A stretch of 63,165 nt of DNA from Octopus bimaculoides (lineage: Eukaryota): NCBI RefSeq assembly GCF_001194135.2, contig NC_068986.1, forward strand, positions 83,015,518 through 83,078,682. The letters run 5' to 3'. The translations under genes were made by a program, and so were the position numbers. Below are positions 23,430-36,500 of this stretch, piece by piece (positions within the stretch are counted from its first letter, which is position 1; every line of letters begins with the position of its first letter). The notes beneath the pieces were generated by a model. That model was not told the DNA's origin, searched no databases, and worked only from the letters and a program-made list of their open reading frames with translations.

Positions 23430-24686
23430 TGAGGTGGTACCAAGAGGTTCTCAGACAAGTTATATTTAATAAAAAATAACTTATTTACCTAAGTTTTAAC
23501 ATCATCTCTTTCAAAATAGTCACCTTGTATGGCAATACACCAGTCCCAGTGTTCCTGCCACTTTTGAAATCCAGCCTGGAAGTTATTTCTTATAAGTGAG
23601 TTGAGGACTTTCGGCGATTCACTCTGGATCTCCATAACAGTGTTAAAATGGTAGCCTTCGAGTTGCATTTTCCTCTTGGGGAAGACATGGGAGTCTGTAG
23701 GTGCTCAATCTGGTAAATAGGGTAGGTGCAGAAATGATACTATGTTGCTTATTTTTGGAGAGCTTAGTGACAGGGTACATTGTTGTCATGAAGAATCCAA
23801 TTCTTCGTGCTCCACAGATCCAGTTGCTTTCGCCGAATATCCTCCCTCAAACACTTCAAAACGTTGCAGTAGAACTCTCTATCAATGGTCTGGCCCTGGA
23901 GGGTGAATTCTCAATGCACAATACCATAGATGTCAAAAAAAATGAGCATGCTCTTGATTGAGCTGTGGCTCTGTCATGCCTTCTTCAGTCAGGGAGATGA
24001 AGGGTTCTTCCACTGTGATGACTGCTGCTTCATCTCAGAATTGTACCCATAGACCCAACTCCTGTCACTGGTGATGGTCCTCGACATGAAGGGCGGGTCA
24101 TCAGTGGCACACTGACAGAAATCTTGACTGATGCAATGTTCTATCTGCTTGGTGGTCAGCAGGCAGAGGATAAACTTGGCAGAGACATGCCACATGTTCA
24201 ATTTAGACATTAAGATTGCCTGCACAGACCCATATGACCAACCAACAACATCAGCAATGTTGTCGACTGTCCTATGTTGATCTTCATGCACAAGCTGATA
24301 AATTTTCTCCACATTTCTGGGGGTGATGCTCATGGAGGGTCTTCCAGATCGCTTGTCATCTTCTAGGGATGTTCTGCTTTTCAAGTGCCTATGCCATTGC
24401 TTCGTCGCTATATGCTTAATGAAGTATGTTCAATGCCTCTGTAGCAGAGTTTCCAAGTTTAATGCAAAATTTCACATTGGCTCTTTGTCCCAACTTCCTG
24501 TCCATCATAAAATCAGACTACAGCATACACATGATCACAAAAACACAAATTGTGAAGTAAATACAGCAATGTCACACAACAATTGCCTCATAAGGTCACC
24601 GCTAGTTCTCACTGTGCATGCAACCACGTACTGCCATCTGTTGGTGCACTATAGAACTAGTCTGGGAACTTTCTGTTACCACCTTG
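23430..24686 (-). mobile_element. Mariner transposon, full length, disabled
   Basis: TIRs (t/c)(g/a)aggtggta(c/a)c at both ends with a TA flank on the left. ORF SLEDDKRSGRP...ITSDRSWVYGYNSEMKQQSSQW carries the DD34D N-terminal catalytic motif. Confidence 0.9.
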
Positions 24687-24733
24687 TGTGTGTGTGTATA
24701 TATATATATACATATATACACACACACACACAC

Positions 24734-25122
24734 GAGGAGTGGATGTGTGGTAAGAAGCTTGCTCCCAACCACATGGTTCCATGTTCAGTCCCACTGTGTG
24801 GCTTGTTGGGTTAGTGTCTTCTACAACAGCCTTGCAAGTGGATTTGGTATATGGAAACTGAAAGAAGCCCATCGTACATATTTATATGTGTGTGTGTGTG
24901 TGTGTATACGTATTTGTGTATCTGTGTTTATTACCCCAGATCACTTGATATTTATGTTGATGTGATTATGTCCCCATAACTTAGTGGTTCAGCGAAAGAA
25001 ACCGATAGAATAAGTACTAGGCTTACAAAGAATAAGTCCTGGGATCGATTTGTTCAATTAAAGGTGGTGCTCCAGCATGGCCACAATCAAATGATTGAAA
25101 TGGGTAAAAGAATAAAAGAATA
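24734..25122 (+). mobile_element. tRNA-derived SINE with internal (TG/TA)n and (aaaagaat) tail
   Basis: Homologous to 56707-57108, with an A/B-box-like head. Confidence 0.85.
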
Positions 25123-25214
25123 TCATCATCATCATCGTTTAACATTCGCTTTCCATGTTAGCATGGGTTGGACGATTTGACTGAGGACTGGCGAACCAGA
25201 TGGCTGCACCAGGC

Positions 25215-26147
25215 ATAAAGAGAACAGCTATGTTTGCAGCTTCAAATACGCATTGGAAGCTGCCCCTGCACCAAAATATACTGTTGTCATCGATGCTGAC
25301 AAGAAGCCACCTGGCTCCCATGCAGGCCGTTTTAACGCACTCACATGCAATGAAATTGCTGTGCTTCTTCATAGAGAACACCACAACAAATGGGACATTA
25401 TCCTTCAGTGTAGGGACAAGATCCTGGAAAGGATCAGTGAGACCCACGGGTCCTTCGACGCAATGCAATACTTTCTTCTTTTTCTAGATGGTACTAATGG
25501 ATATCACTTCGGAATTCTTTTGTGCAACAGCAACAAAACTGTCTCCTGCAAGCAATTCTATGTTTACCATTGTATAGTCCACGATGCCTGCTTCAATCAC
25601 CTCCACCATACAAGAAACCTTTTCCAACAATTTACTGTGGACATGTGCATGAAAATGGAGTCCGAAAGATTCTGCTACATTAAGCAAAACCAAAAGCACT
25701 TGTGTTTGGAGAACTACATTCACCTTTGAGATGGTATTAACACTGATGTCGCTCCCAAAAACCTTGGAAAAGTGTGCATATTTCTGTCAACATTTACAGG
25801 AAACCCTCACTACATGTACAAATGCACAGAGGACGCCATGACATACGTGTGCCACTGTGGCAGACCCAACCTCTTCATCACTTTCACCTGCAACTTCAAG
25901 TAGACAGAAATCAGCAGTGAATTATTCCCAGGGCAAAAGGCCAAAGACAGACACGACCTTCTGGCCAGAATCTTCAACAGAAGTTGACAAAACTAATGGA
26001 ACTCTTTCAAAAAGATAAGGTGTTTGGAGATGTTAGGTGCCACATGTACTCCGTTGAGTGGCAAAAGGGAGGCCTGTCACACGCTCATACTCATTTGGCT
26101 CTCAACGAAAATCAGCGCCACTGACATTGACAGTATTATATCTGCAG
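25215..26147 (+). mobile_element. Helitron Rep (HUH endonuclease) fragment, disabled
   Basis: HAGRFNA..CNEIAV, RNLFQQFTVDM..KMESERF.YIKQNQK.L, GRPNLFITFTCN, VEWQKGGLSHAH (the VEWQKRGLPHAH motif) and DIDSIISA. Confidence 0.92.
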
Positions 26148-27850
26148 ACCATGCAGAACATCTGGTGGCAGAGGAAAGCAGAGGAGATGCAAAACTATGT
26201 GGACCAATGAGACTTGTGCCATTTTTATGCCACAATCAAGATCTTTGGCCTCACAAGGTCGTCAGTGGGTGGCCTGAAGAACACAGCTGGCTCTGCGATA
26301 ACTGACACCCAGGGGAGTCTCGATTGCCGGAAGTCCCATTTCGGGAGCTTACTTAACAACCTCTCACACACTCTTGGCAATCTCTTCCAAATCACCCCAC
26401 AGCTCCCCATTTGCCATTGGATGTCCCTGTTGCCCTCAGCCCATGAGTTCAACAAGGCATTCAAGTGCATGAATCCGGGCAGAGCTCCAAGACCAGACAA
26501 CATCCCATTTGAGTTTTTCACACATGGAGGACCTGAGCTGAGAAATCATCTGATGCTCCTTATCCTCAAGATCTGGAAAAGCAAGACCCTCCCAAACAAC
26601 TTCCACAAGGCAGACCAAGAGGATTGCAACAACTATGGGTGTATCTCACTCCTGAGTACTGCAAGCAAGATCTTTGCTTGTATCCTACTCAACCGCCTCC
26701 TTATCCTTGCAGAAGATGTCCTCCCTGAGTCCCAGTGTGGTTTTCGACCTTCTCGAGGCACAATCGACATGATCTTCTGTGCCTGCCAACTTCAGAAGTG
26801 TCAAAAACAACAACAGCCTGCAATGTTCATCTTCTGGGATCTAAAGAAAGCCTTTGACAAGGTCCCCCATCCTGCAATGTGGGCCATCCTTGCTCGGTTT
26901 GGATGTCTGCAAGACTTCATTGCCCTGGTCCGCTCCCTTCACGACGGCAAGGTGGGTAGGGTATGCCATCAAAATACCCTCACAGACCCATTTCCCATCA
27001 CTGGGTGTCTTAAGCAAGGATGTGTCTTGGCACCAATCTGTTTCTCTTTGTACAATGCCACCATGTTCAACGAAATCCCACTGGACTCACCTTCCATCAG
27101 CATGTGTTATAGCTTGGATGACGGACTCTTCAATCTCGCATGTCTCCACGCAAAGATGAGTACCTCCACCATCTCAGTCTATGAGATGCAGTATGCCGAC
27201 AACAATGCCACCCCAAGCAAGACCATAAATGACCGATCTTTATAACAAGGTTTATGAACACTTTGGCGTGCAGGTAAACATATTAAAAAATAAGACCCTG
27301 ATCCAACCTGCACCAGGCTAGAACAGTCCACCCACAAACATTAGCATCAAGAGCTAACAACGAGGTTCTTCACCACACCTCTCTACCAAGCATTGAAGCC
27401 ACCATTCTTCACCATCACTTCCGCTGGGCAGGTCATGTCCAGCATATGGAGCCCTTTCGACTCCCAAGGACCATGCTCTATGGAGAACTTGCAATTGGAA
27501 CAAGACCCAGAGGAGGCCCAAAATTCTGTTTTAAAGACCAGCTCAAACAGACCTTGGCTCAAACTAACATCCAGCCATCCTCATGGGAACAGACTGCCAT
27601 GGATAGGACAGCCTGAAGGACTATCATCCACAAGTGAGCCAGCTCCTTCGAGCAGAACAGACGACCGAATGAAGTAAAATGCAGGAAAGGAAAGGAGCGT
27701 CTTCAACATCCTCGACCTGCACCGACCATCCTGTGCAAATTCTGCCTACGACTCTTTCACCACCAATTTGGACTCCAAAGTCACATTTGGCACAAACATC
27801 TGCCAAGGAGACTGGATAGAAACTGACGAACCCAATGCTTGGATAGAAGC
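26148..27850 (+). mobile_element. RTE (BovB-like) LINE reverse transcriptase fragment
   Basis: APRPDNIP, NYGCISLL, LPESQCGFRPSRGTIDM, DLKKAFD, KQGCVLAP and YAD motifs, with frameshifts downstream. Confidence 0.93.
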
Positions 27851-29559
27851 TGGAGCCAATGATATTTTTTTATATATACCCAGGCCTACTTCCCATTTTT
27901 TTAGGAGAGGGTAGCCACAACAAGACACACACCAGGCATTCCATTCATTTCCCAGCTTAAAGAGGCGAGCCCCATTCTGTGCTCAGGTTAAGGCATAGAA
28001 CGCAACCCCCAATATCAGCAGTGGGGCCCAACAGCATATGCTGGTACTGTACCCCTTTGAGCAACATCAAATTCATTCATCCATCCACAAACACTCTCCA
28101 TGTTTTCCTATCATTTATAAACTCTCATACCTCTCTCACTTCAACACTTCTAACCACCAAAGCTTTCCTCATTCCATCCATCCACACAAACTGAGGTCTG
28201 CTTCTGGTTCTGCTGCCTTACCATCTTCTCCTCATCCATCCTCATTTAGTAAAAACGAATATCCAAAGAGTGTGCATTAAATGGCTGTATTCTAGGTGTA
28301 ACACCCAAGAAATGATGTGGCCAACCACCACGAAAATGTTTACGCATGTACAGGAAGTATGGTATCATCTCCCACTCAAAGGATTTTGCCCACACAGCAT
28401 AAGTTTTGACGGGAAAAAATAAAGACAGACACTTTTTGAACGCACCTCCTCTTTCTACCTTTCTCATCCAAGCTCACTCAACCATCTTGAGGCATATAAG
28501 AAACCTCATGTACCCTACGTAAGGGACCTGCTTCTACCTTATAATCATCTACCTATACTCCATTGACCATTACTCATTTTGTAATTATGATACATTCTCT
28601 AGAAGGTAATTTTAATAAATCAAGAATTTATGTTGTAGGATATTTCATACACTTGTATTTCTGTGTTGTTCAAATACACGCAACTGGCCAGTCTGCCATA
28701 TTTCTCTTTGCTCATTTTATTTAAATTATACATATAAATGTAGAGGGAATATGAAACATGAGTATAAAGTCAAAGAGCACGAGGTCAACGAAAATCTCAA
28801 CTTTTAACAATTTCTCTTTCCTTTTTTTTTTTATCACCTAGCGGATAAATGACGAAATACAAAGGGGAAACAACTTTAAAAATTTTAAACTTGTTTGTAT
28901 AGAGCACTCACTGTTTACATGTGAAAAGTTGACAAAGGTTGTATGTAAACAATAGAGTTTTATGTCCCTTCGATGATGCAGTAATTATAATAGAAGTGAA
29001 ATACATAAACAATGGCGTGGGGGGAAACTTATTTTCGTGTCCTAACTTTAACTTAAGGTATATAGTACTTTCTCCAAACTTAAATGTTGATTTGTTACTT
29101 TTGAAAACCCAAGAACAGGTGTTGCAAAAAAATAAAGTAGTTTCCGTATTTTTCTTCAGTAAGAGGTTGGACAGTTACATGGGATCGAATTTTACCTCAT
29201 TATACACTCTAACTTCTGACATTGGCACAAAGCCACACATTTTGATAAAGTATATTAAATCCACTACAGTGCTTGAACCGGTATCAAATTCATAAATATG
29301 AACTTATAAAAATTACCAAGGTGGGAATTGAACTCAGAAAACAACAGGATGTAGCTTAATACTAATTTTACTATCCCCCACCTTTTCGAATTAAATATAA
29401 ACATGTACACATTCTCATCAAATGAAATCAACAATATTACTTGATATATCAGATATTAAAAATATTGCTCAACCATATAAACTCAGTTGTATATAATTAG
29501 TAGCATATATACCTGGATCATGCCTATCTGCAGTCACTAATGCATCTAGCGTCAATCCT

Positions 29560-29830
29560 TGTGTACCAATAATTTGGTAACAATAATTACAGCGTTAAAT
29601 ATAACTTCCTGTGCAAAGGGATATAACCGTTGACTTCTTGTAGGCGGTGACCAATTAGACTTTGGCGAATACTTAATATCATATCTACGCCAAAAGCAGT
29701 ATTATTTTATGGAAAAGCAAAACTTACCGAAAGTGAAACTATTAGATGGGGGTGCGAAACTATTAATACTAATATGTGAATAAGAGGTGGGTGTGGGATA
29801 TATAGTAATGTGCTAATATCGAGGAATATT
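29560..29830 (-). promoter_or_regulatory. Candidate promoter/first exon of the USP gene (donor TCG|GTAAGT, exon ends at 29728)
   Basis: CpG-enriched unique sequence and a consensus donor upstream of the USP acceptor. Inference only. Confidence 0.35.
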
Positions 29831-30012
29831 TCGTAATTTGATTTAATATTGTTACTTTACAATGTTTATAAAATTATCAGATATGCAAACAAGAACAATT
29901 AAAAGAGTTAAGGTTTACTTTAACACCTGGCTACCGAAACAAAAAAAAGTGTCAAAAAATGTGTATAAAACGAATATGAAAACAAAATTTGCGCTAACGA
30001 ACCGGGGAGGCG

Positions 30013-30318
30013 AGGAGAGGACTTTCACAATATCCGATTTGTTCCCTCTTAACTTTTAGGAAAATTGATATCTTTCAATGAAATTTTATATAAATATCTT
30101 TCAAACGGCATATATTACGATTATAAAGAAATTTGTGAGGAAAATTTTTTTCCGAGGAGGTGGGGAGAGGACTTTCGGAAAACTCACACGATCCGATTTT
30201 TACCCTCATAACTTTTAGGGAAATGGATATCTTTTAATGAAACTTTATATAAAGACCTTTCAAACGACATAGATTACGATTATAAAGAAATTTGTGGGGA
30301 ACATTTTTTTTTCAGAAG
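30013..30318. repeat. Two-copy tandem repeat of about 150 bp, probably internal to a non-autonomous DNA transposon cut by the gap
   Basis: ggagaggactttc...ttacgattataaagaaatttgtg occurs at 30014 and again at 30164. Confidence 0.75.
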
Positions 30319-30486
30319 AGTGCGTTGGTGCATTTGGGGAGATGTGCTGCAAACAACAGCTAAATCGCCGTTAACTTTTTCCCATTGTGAAACCATATTC
30401 AACGCCCGTATTTATGAATTTTTCTCTCACCATGATACAGGGGATCTTTTTTAAAACCTTTTTTTTTTGCTCAAACGAAAATTAAT

Positions 30487-30924
30487 NNNNNNNNNNNNNN
30501 NNNNNNNNNNNNNNNNNNNNNNNNNNNNNNNNNNNNNNNNNNNNNNNNNNNNNNNNNNNNNNNNNNNNNNNNNNNNNNNNNNNNNNNNNNNNNNNNNNNN
30601 NNNNNNNNNNNNNNNNNNNNNNNNNNNNNNNNNNNNNNNNNNNNNNNNNNNNNNNNNNNNNNNNNNNNNNNNNNNNNNNNNNNNNNNNNNNNNNNNNNNN
30701 NNNNNNNNNNNNNNNNNNNNNNNNNNNNNNNNNNNNNNNNNNNNNNNNNNNNNNNNNNNNNNNNNNNNNNNNNNNNNNNNNNNNNNNNNNNNNNNNNNNN
30801 NNNNNNNNNNNNNNNNNNNNNNNNNNNNNNNNNNNNNNNNNNNNNNNNNNNNNNNNNNNNNNNNNNNNNNNNNNNNNNNNNNNNNNNNNNNNNNNNNNNN
30901 NNNNNNNNNNNNNNNNNNNNNNNN
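30487..30924. other. Assembly gap (other gaps: 4643-4687, 38897-38906, 56110-56209)
   Basis: Runs of N. Confidence 1.
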
Positions 30925-31949
30925 TGAACACCTGAGATTCTAACTGAGCAAAACAAAACTTGCCCCTACATCCCCTTTGTGACAACATTAAAAGCAATTT
31001 ACTTGGAAAAATTATTTCTTTCAATTTACACAAATCATCAGCATTTTTATGACTTGCATTTTTTGCATTTTTCCAAATTCATTTAATCTTAACACGATTA
31101 TACACTATATAACATTGTGTATGGGGTTCACGATTAAGACTCCATCTGCATATAAAACAAACAAAAAAAGCCTATGGAATGGATTTTGCAGGCATGATGT
31201 AGATTCAATCCTAGATAGCTAAATTTAAATTAACACTTTAACAGCAGTTTACATTTGCCAGATGCCCGCTACTTGATGCTTCTAACCTCTTATAAGCCAC
31301 CAAAAGCCAGATTTAAGATAACAAGTACCACCAATGAAATCTGTTGTTCTTAACGATATGTCTATCCTTCTGGATAGTTATAAAAACAAGAACCCCCAAG
31401 CAAAAGTCAGTCAGTGAGTGACAACTCGAGTGAGAGACAGCTACCATCAGTTAGTAAAACAGACTGCTAGAATCATGGTCACAAGCAGGCAGCTACTATA
31501 GACAAATGGTCATAAGTTTATGATCAGCAACTATGAGACCCAACCTCCCTCAACTCTGCAACTCTCACTGGCTCACTTTATTTTCTCTTACAACATCGCT
31601 CTATTTCTATCTGTAATTACTACTACACAATCACAAGCTATACAAGGAAAATCTAAGATATCTACCTCTACTTCGCATGCTTTTGGATTCTATCACCTGC
31701 CTGTTGAGGCAAGGTACATACAATGTAATGGTAAATAAATATTTTCTTCACAACTTCAATCACTGTTCTTTCATCTTTACATAATGGCAATCAATGAAGA
31801 ACCAATGCTTAGAAACTGATTACAACTCCAACATACCATATTAATGTTTGTAAGAATGACCGTGTGAACCAAAAGGAGAAATGGTGACGAATGAAAAAAC
31901 AGGCTCCTTTTTATGGCGATTTACCCTAATCTTGCTTATTTGCTTATGA

Positions 31950-33480
31950 AAGCCCATCAAAGGTGATGACAGCATTGATCCACAACATTCATCCTCCTCT
32001 GCCTCCAGCACATTGTTTCTCATGGGAGTGGAGATGACTGACAAGACCAATACAAGATAGGCAGATCCCATGGCACTGAGGGCACTGCAAGTGACACTGA
32101 ACAACAGTCAGAGGGGGTTGATGATGTCTCCTCCTCTCTTCTGTGTTTGATTTCAAAGCACTCAACTCCAGTCAGGGACTCCACTCCATTGGAAGGGACA
32201 CCACATAAAATGCTTGAGAGGATCATGAACACAAAGTTTTGGATGTCCAGTCTCAGTCTCACTGAAAAGGAACATCTTAGGGAGCCAGTTACCTAAATTT
32301 TTGATTTACATGGCCCACTCAGCAGAGAAGACAGTGAAGGATGCAAGCCTCAATGCTGTAGATACTAGCCCTCAGGAGGATTTTTGTATGAGACACCTTA
32401 TCCTTCCGCATGAGACTGAGGATACTTTAGAGCGATCTGAAATGGAACATTTCCAGTTGTCTAATCTGGTACTGATAAAGGGTGCATCATTCACACCCTT
32501 ACAGGAGGGTGATACACAGACAGCTCAATAAATGGAGATCTTTGTACTTGCTCTGAAAGACTCATTTGCTGAGTCTCCTGAATGATGCAGAGGCCAAGTT
32601 GATCCAATGAAGTATCTTATTATTAAGGAGTTCACCTACAATAGAGAAACATTATCAATAAGAATACGACTGAGAAGGATATGAGTATGGATAGGCTGAT
32701 TCACTTGAAGACCAAGTTGAGAATAGGCACTGTTCATTGAGTTTGTCATGGGTTGAAGAGAGGAAGAGGTATAAGATAGTGTAGCTGAATTGTCAGCATA
32801 CTGAATCTTGTACACTGTGGTTGAGAGAATTTTTGATGTGGCTTTCAGGTAGCAAATGTTAAAGATGCCACCATAGAAGTACCAGATACAAATTCCATCT
32901 TTGGTGAACAGTTTCATAGAAATAACAGTTACAGCCACCAGGTAAATGTTAAACCATATATGGGTAAGGATGCATCTTTCTATTACTGTCACCTGAACAT
33001 CAGTGGGTTCCAAGGCTTCACCACCAAGTGTCACTCTCACTTGCATACCATCATGAAACTTCTGGACAATCAAGAGAATCAGTGGTGGACAGCCAAACAT
33101 CTGAAGCAGGCACCGTAACATAGGATGGATGACTGTGTCAAATGCCTTTGTTATATCAATGAAGGCATAACATACGTCTCTCTGCTGTTCATGACACTTT
33201 TGAAGAGGACAAGCCACAAATATCATGTCAGAAGTGCTTCTTTCTGTTCGAAGTTCACACAGGGACTCAGGCATAAACAGGTTGACAAAATGAAATAGAA
33301 GATGTCAGAGGAGAATATGTGAGAGGATAAGAGAGATTCTTCTGCAGCTGCTGCACTCTGCATGCTGTTCCTTGTACTTGTAGATTGTGACAATATTGGA
33401 GTGCTTCCACCTGTCAGGTATAGTCTTCCCCTGCCAACAGAGAAGAAACAAAGAGTGAAGATGGGATAGGAGATGAGGCC
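31950..33480 (-). mobile_element. RTE LINE, RT to 3' end, degenerate
   Basis: PESLCELRTERSTSDM, DITKAFD and QYADN, plus a 3' CPQCHGICLSCIGLVSH motif. Confidence 0.85.
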
Positions 33481-34194
33481 CACCTTACTTGAACATATAT
33501 ATTTTAATCATATATATATATATGTAAATACTTGGCTCTAAATGTGTCCTGGGTATGACTTTAAACTGCATCTAGCAGTGGGGTCCTGGTACAGGAGTTC
33601 CAGGGCTTTAAGGAGTGTGGAGTCACTTCTTTACCTCTATTGTCCCCAGATCTACTCTGATCCAGAGCAGTAACACCTGTTAGCGTCCCTGCCTTACCCT
33701 AATCTAGGAAACAGAGTAAATGTTTCCAATTTCAATAAAGGACAATCTATACTTTTGAATTATTTTTTCTCCCAACTACAAAAAACTGTAACTACAAAAT
33801 TGCTTGCATTCACAATAGCATGGATATTTTAAGATTCTCATTCCTTTAACTCCTTTTCTGGAAACCTCTCATCTAAATGAAAGTATGCATTATTTTATGC
33901 AATTATTAATTGTTATTAATTATTTGATTATTATTGCAAATGTGAGATTTATCAATTACAGTATAAGCATCTTCAATTCACTGACAGTGGTAGAAAAAAA
34001 TCAAAAAAGAAATCAGACAACTGTCACAAAGTTATGCATGGTGGATTTGGAGCCTTTGTGTTACAATAAAATTTCCAATAAATTTTCTCTGAGTATCTAC
34101 TGTAATGTTTGACAATGAGGATATTCTTTTCTTTTTAAATCTTCAAAATGCTACATACCAACAAATGAATATAACATAAATATAACTAGGGGGC

Positions 34195-34740
34195 ATAGCC
34201 AGTTCAGGATAAACACTACAGGCATGGAAGTACCATCAGTCGGGCTTGCCCAAGATGCACACAGAGCGACGAAATTGTTCTGCACACCCTCGTCTGGTGC
34301 CTAAGCATTCCTAACTTGTGGGTTTATGTCAAACATCTGCTGCTGCATGTAGGATGGATCCGGCTATCAGCTGAGTCCATCGTGAAGATTGCCCTGCCAC
34401 CTTTCTTTGGCCAGAAAGGACAGGCAGTGTTTCTTGTCTTTAGTGGAAGAGGTTGTGTGGTGGACCAGATGAAAAGGGCTGAAGACACACTCTCCTGTTT
34501 GGCCAAGCCCTCATCAACTTTTTCAAGTTTGACTTGAATGTGAGGGTAGAGAGGGAAGTGTTACCCACCAGCAATTTTGTTAAGAGGTGGGTGAATATAG
34601 TGTGACTGGCCCATGGGAACAGACCTACTCTAAGCATGCACCTCAAGATCGAGGGTAGATGAAGAAGAGAGGGCACTTGGTCTAGAGATCAAAGGGATCG
34701 TGGGTTTGTGGGGTTTCCACAAAAGCCCTTGGAAGTCTCC
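34195..34740 (+). mobile_element. Tx1/L1-clade LINE ORF2 C-terminal remnant
   Basis: Zinc-knuckle-like CPRCTQSDEIVLHTLVWC followed by EVVWWTR.KG and F.KRW motifs. Confidence 0.6.
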
Positions 34741-34875
34741 CTTTTTAGTGATATTAATTGTTAAAATTTTCTTTATTATTGTTATTTACAAGTTTCAATC
34801 CCATTTTATTTGAATTGTATTTTTCTGTACCGTCACCAATCTTTTATATGAACCTTCAGCGGTTAATAAAAAAAG

Positions 34876-34910
<35 letters not shown>

Positions 34911-35196
34911 ATATCCGATTGAATCGAAGAAGCAAATTAATATGAGTGAAGGCGTTTCTGAATGTATTGGATTATGTTAGGGACATCTAATTTACAACAC
35001 CGTTGTCATTTAGACTAGGGAAACATTGTGAGTAACACCGCCAATCTTATATTACGAGCATAGTGCTGTTTATGTAAATGTTTCGTATGTAGTGATTACT
35101 CTTATAAATCAAATAAGCACTGTCCCTCCATATCGATGAAGCATAATAGATTATTTTCATATTTCTCAGTTTGTTAAGAATTCCTCGAAAATCAAC

Positions 35197-36342
35197 ATGG
35201 AAGACGTTAATCACTTGGACACTTTAAACAATATAGATTCAGTTACACAGACACACAGCAATGAGAAACCTTTACGTAGTGAAACATTTACTAAACAAAG
35301 ATCATTACACGGAAATGTTAGTGAATATCGTTGTGAGATATGTAGGAAAACATTCTCCTCGGAACAAGAACTCTTCACACACAAAGAAATACACAATAAG
35401 GAAAAGCCATACCAATGTGAAATATGTGGAAAATATTTTGTCAATAACAGTTGTTTGACGAGGCATAAAAGAATACATACTGGAGAAAAACCTTACTATT
35501 GTGAAATATGTGGGGAATCTTTTATTCAGAATTCGTGTCTTGTTGCCCACAAACGTAGTCATACTGGAGAAAATCCTTTTCAATGTGAAATATGCGGCAA
35601 ATCGTTTCTGGATAATAGTAAATTAACAACACATAAAAGGATACACACTGGAGAGAAACCGTTTCACTGTGACGTGTGTGGAAAATCTTTTACTCAGAAT
35701 TCTCATCTTGTGGTTCATAAAATAATACACACTGGAGAAAAACTTTATCAATGCGAAATATGTGGGAAATCATTTGTCTCTAACAGTAACTTGACAATGC
35801 ACAAAATAATACACACGGGGGAAAAACCCTTCCACTGTGAAATATGCGGGGCATCTTTCACTCAGAATTCTCATCTTGTTATTCACATACGTAGTCACAC
35901 TGGCGAGAAGCTGTTTCACTGTGAAATTTGTGGGAAATCGTTTATAAATAACAATCACTTAAAAAGGCATAAAAGAATACATACAGGAGAAAAACCGTAC
36001 CCCTGTGAAATCTGTGGAAAATCTTTTGTCGATAATAGTGATTTAACAAAACACAAACGAATACACACTGGAGAAAAGCCGTTCAACTGTGAAATATGCA
36101 GGAAATCCTTCACTAATAATTCGAAACTTGTTATCCACAAACGTAGTCACACTGGAGAAAAACCTTTCCGCTGTGAAATATGCGGGAAATCTTTCATTGA
36201 AAATTTTAAGCTTACAATCCACAAACGTAGCCACACCGGAGAAAAACCCTACCACTGTAAAATGTGTGAGAAATCTTTTGTATCTAATGATTACTTAAAA
36301 AGGCACGAACAAATGCACATTGGTAGGAAAACTTTAAATTGA
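35197..36342 (+). CDS. C2H2 zinc-finger protein (ZNF2), 381 aa, 12 tandem fingers of CEIC type
   Basis: Twelve C2H2 motifs with TGEKP-type linkers. A candidate 5' intron spans 35028-35169 (ATT|GTGAGT ... TTTCTCAG). Confidence 0.95.
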   Translation: MEDVNHLDTLNNIDSVTQTHSNEKPLRSETFTKQRSLHGNVSEYRCEICRKTFSSEQELFTHKEIHNKEKPYQCEICGKYFVNNSCLTRHKRIHTGEKPYYCEICGESFIQNSCLVAHKRSHTGENPFQCEICGKSFLDNSKLTTHKRIHTGEKPFHCDVCGKSFTQNSHLVVHKIIHTGEKLYQCEICGKSFVSNSNLTMHKIIHTGEKPFHCEICGASFTQNSHLVIHIRSHTGEKLFHCEICGKSFINNNHLKRHKRIHTGEKPYPCEICGKSFVDNSDLTKHKRIHTGEKPFNCEICRKSFTNNSKLVIHKRSHTGEKPFRCEICGKSFIENFKLTIHKRSHTGEKPYHCKMCEKSFVSNDYLKRHEQMHIGRKTLN

Positions 36343-36500
36343 GAAACATGAGAAATTTTCTCTTGTAAGTGTTAAAACTCAAAGTTTACTAACATTGAGC
36401 ATCTATCATGGTGAATGAATATGTCGGAATTCATTCTCTTTGAATTCTCATATTGTTGCCTACAAATTGTTCTCATATTGTTGCCTACAAGAGGTAGTTT
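36343..36500 (+). pseudogene. Decayed zinc-finger repeats 3' of ZNF2 (a further remnant at about 36845-36905)
   Basis: The frame continues LN*ET*EIF where FNCEICGKSF is expected. AATTCTCATATTGTTGCCTACAAA resembles the NSHLVAHK codons, and a tgtgaaatttgtggaga remnant lies near 36880. Confidence 0.7.

Noticed and set aside
30467-31033. ORFs of 158-183 aa (also 4616-4876 and 56007-56311)
   Set aside because: They are composed of N-gap and microsatellite sequence.
36340-36351. Selenocysteine zinc finger as a firm call
   Set aside because: There is no downstream His pair, an early TAA follows, and no SECIS was identified; kept only as a low-interest observation.
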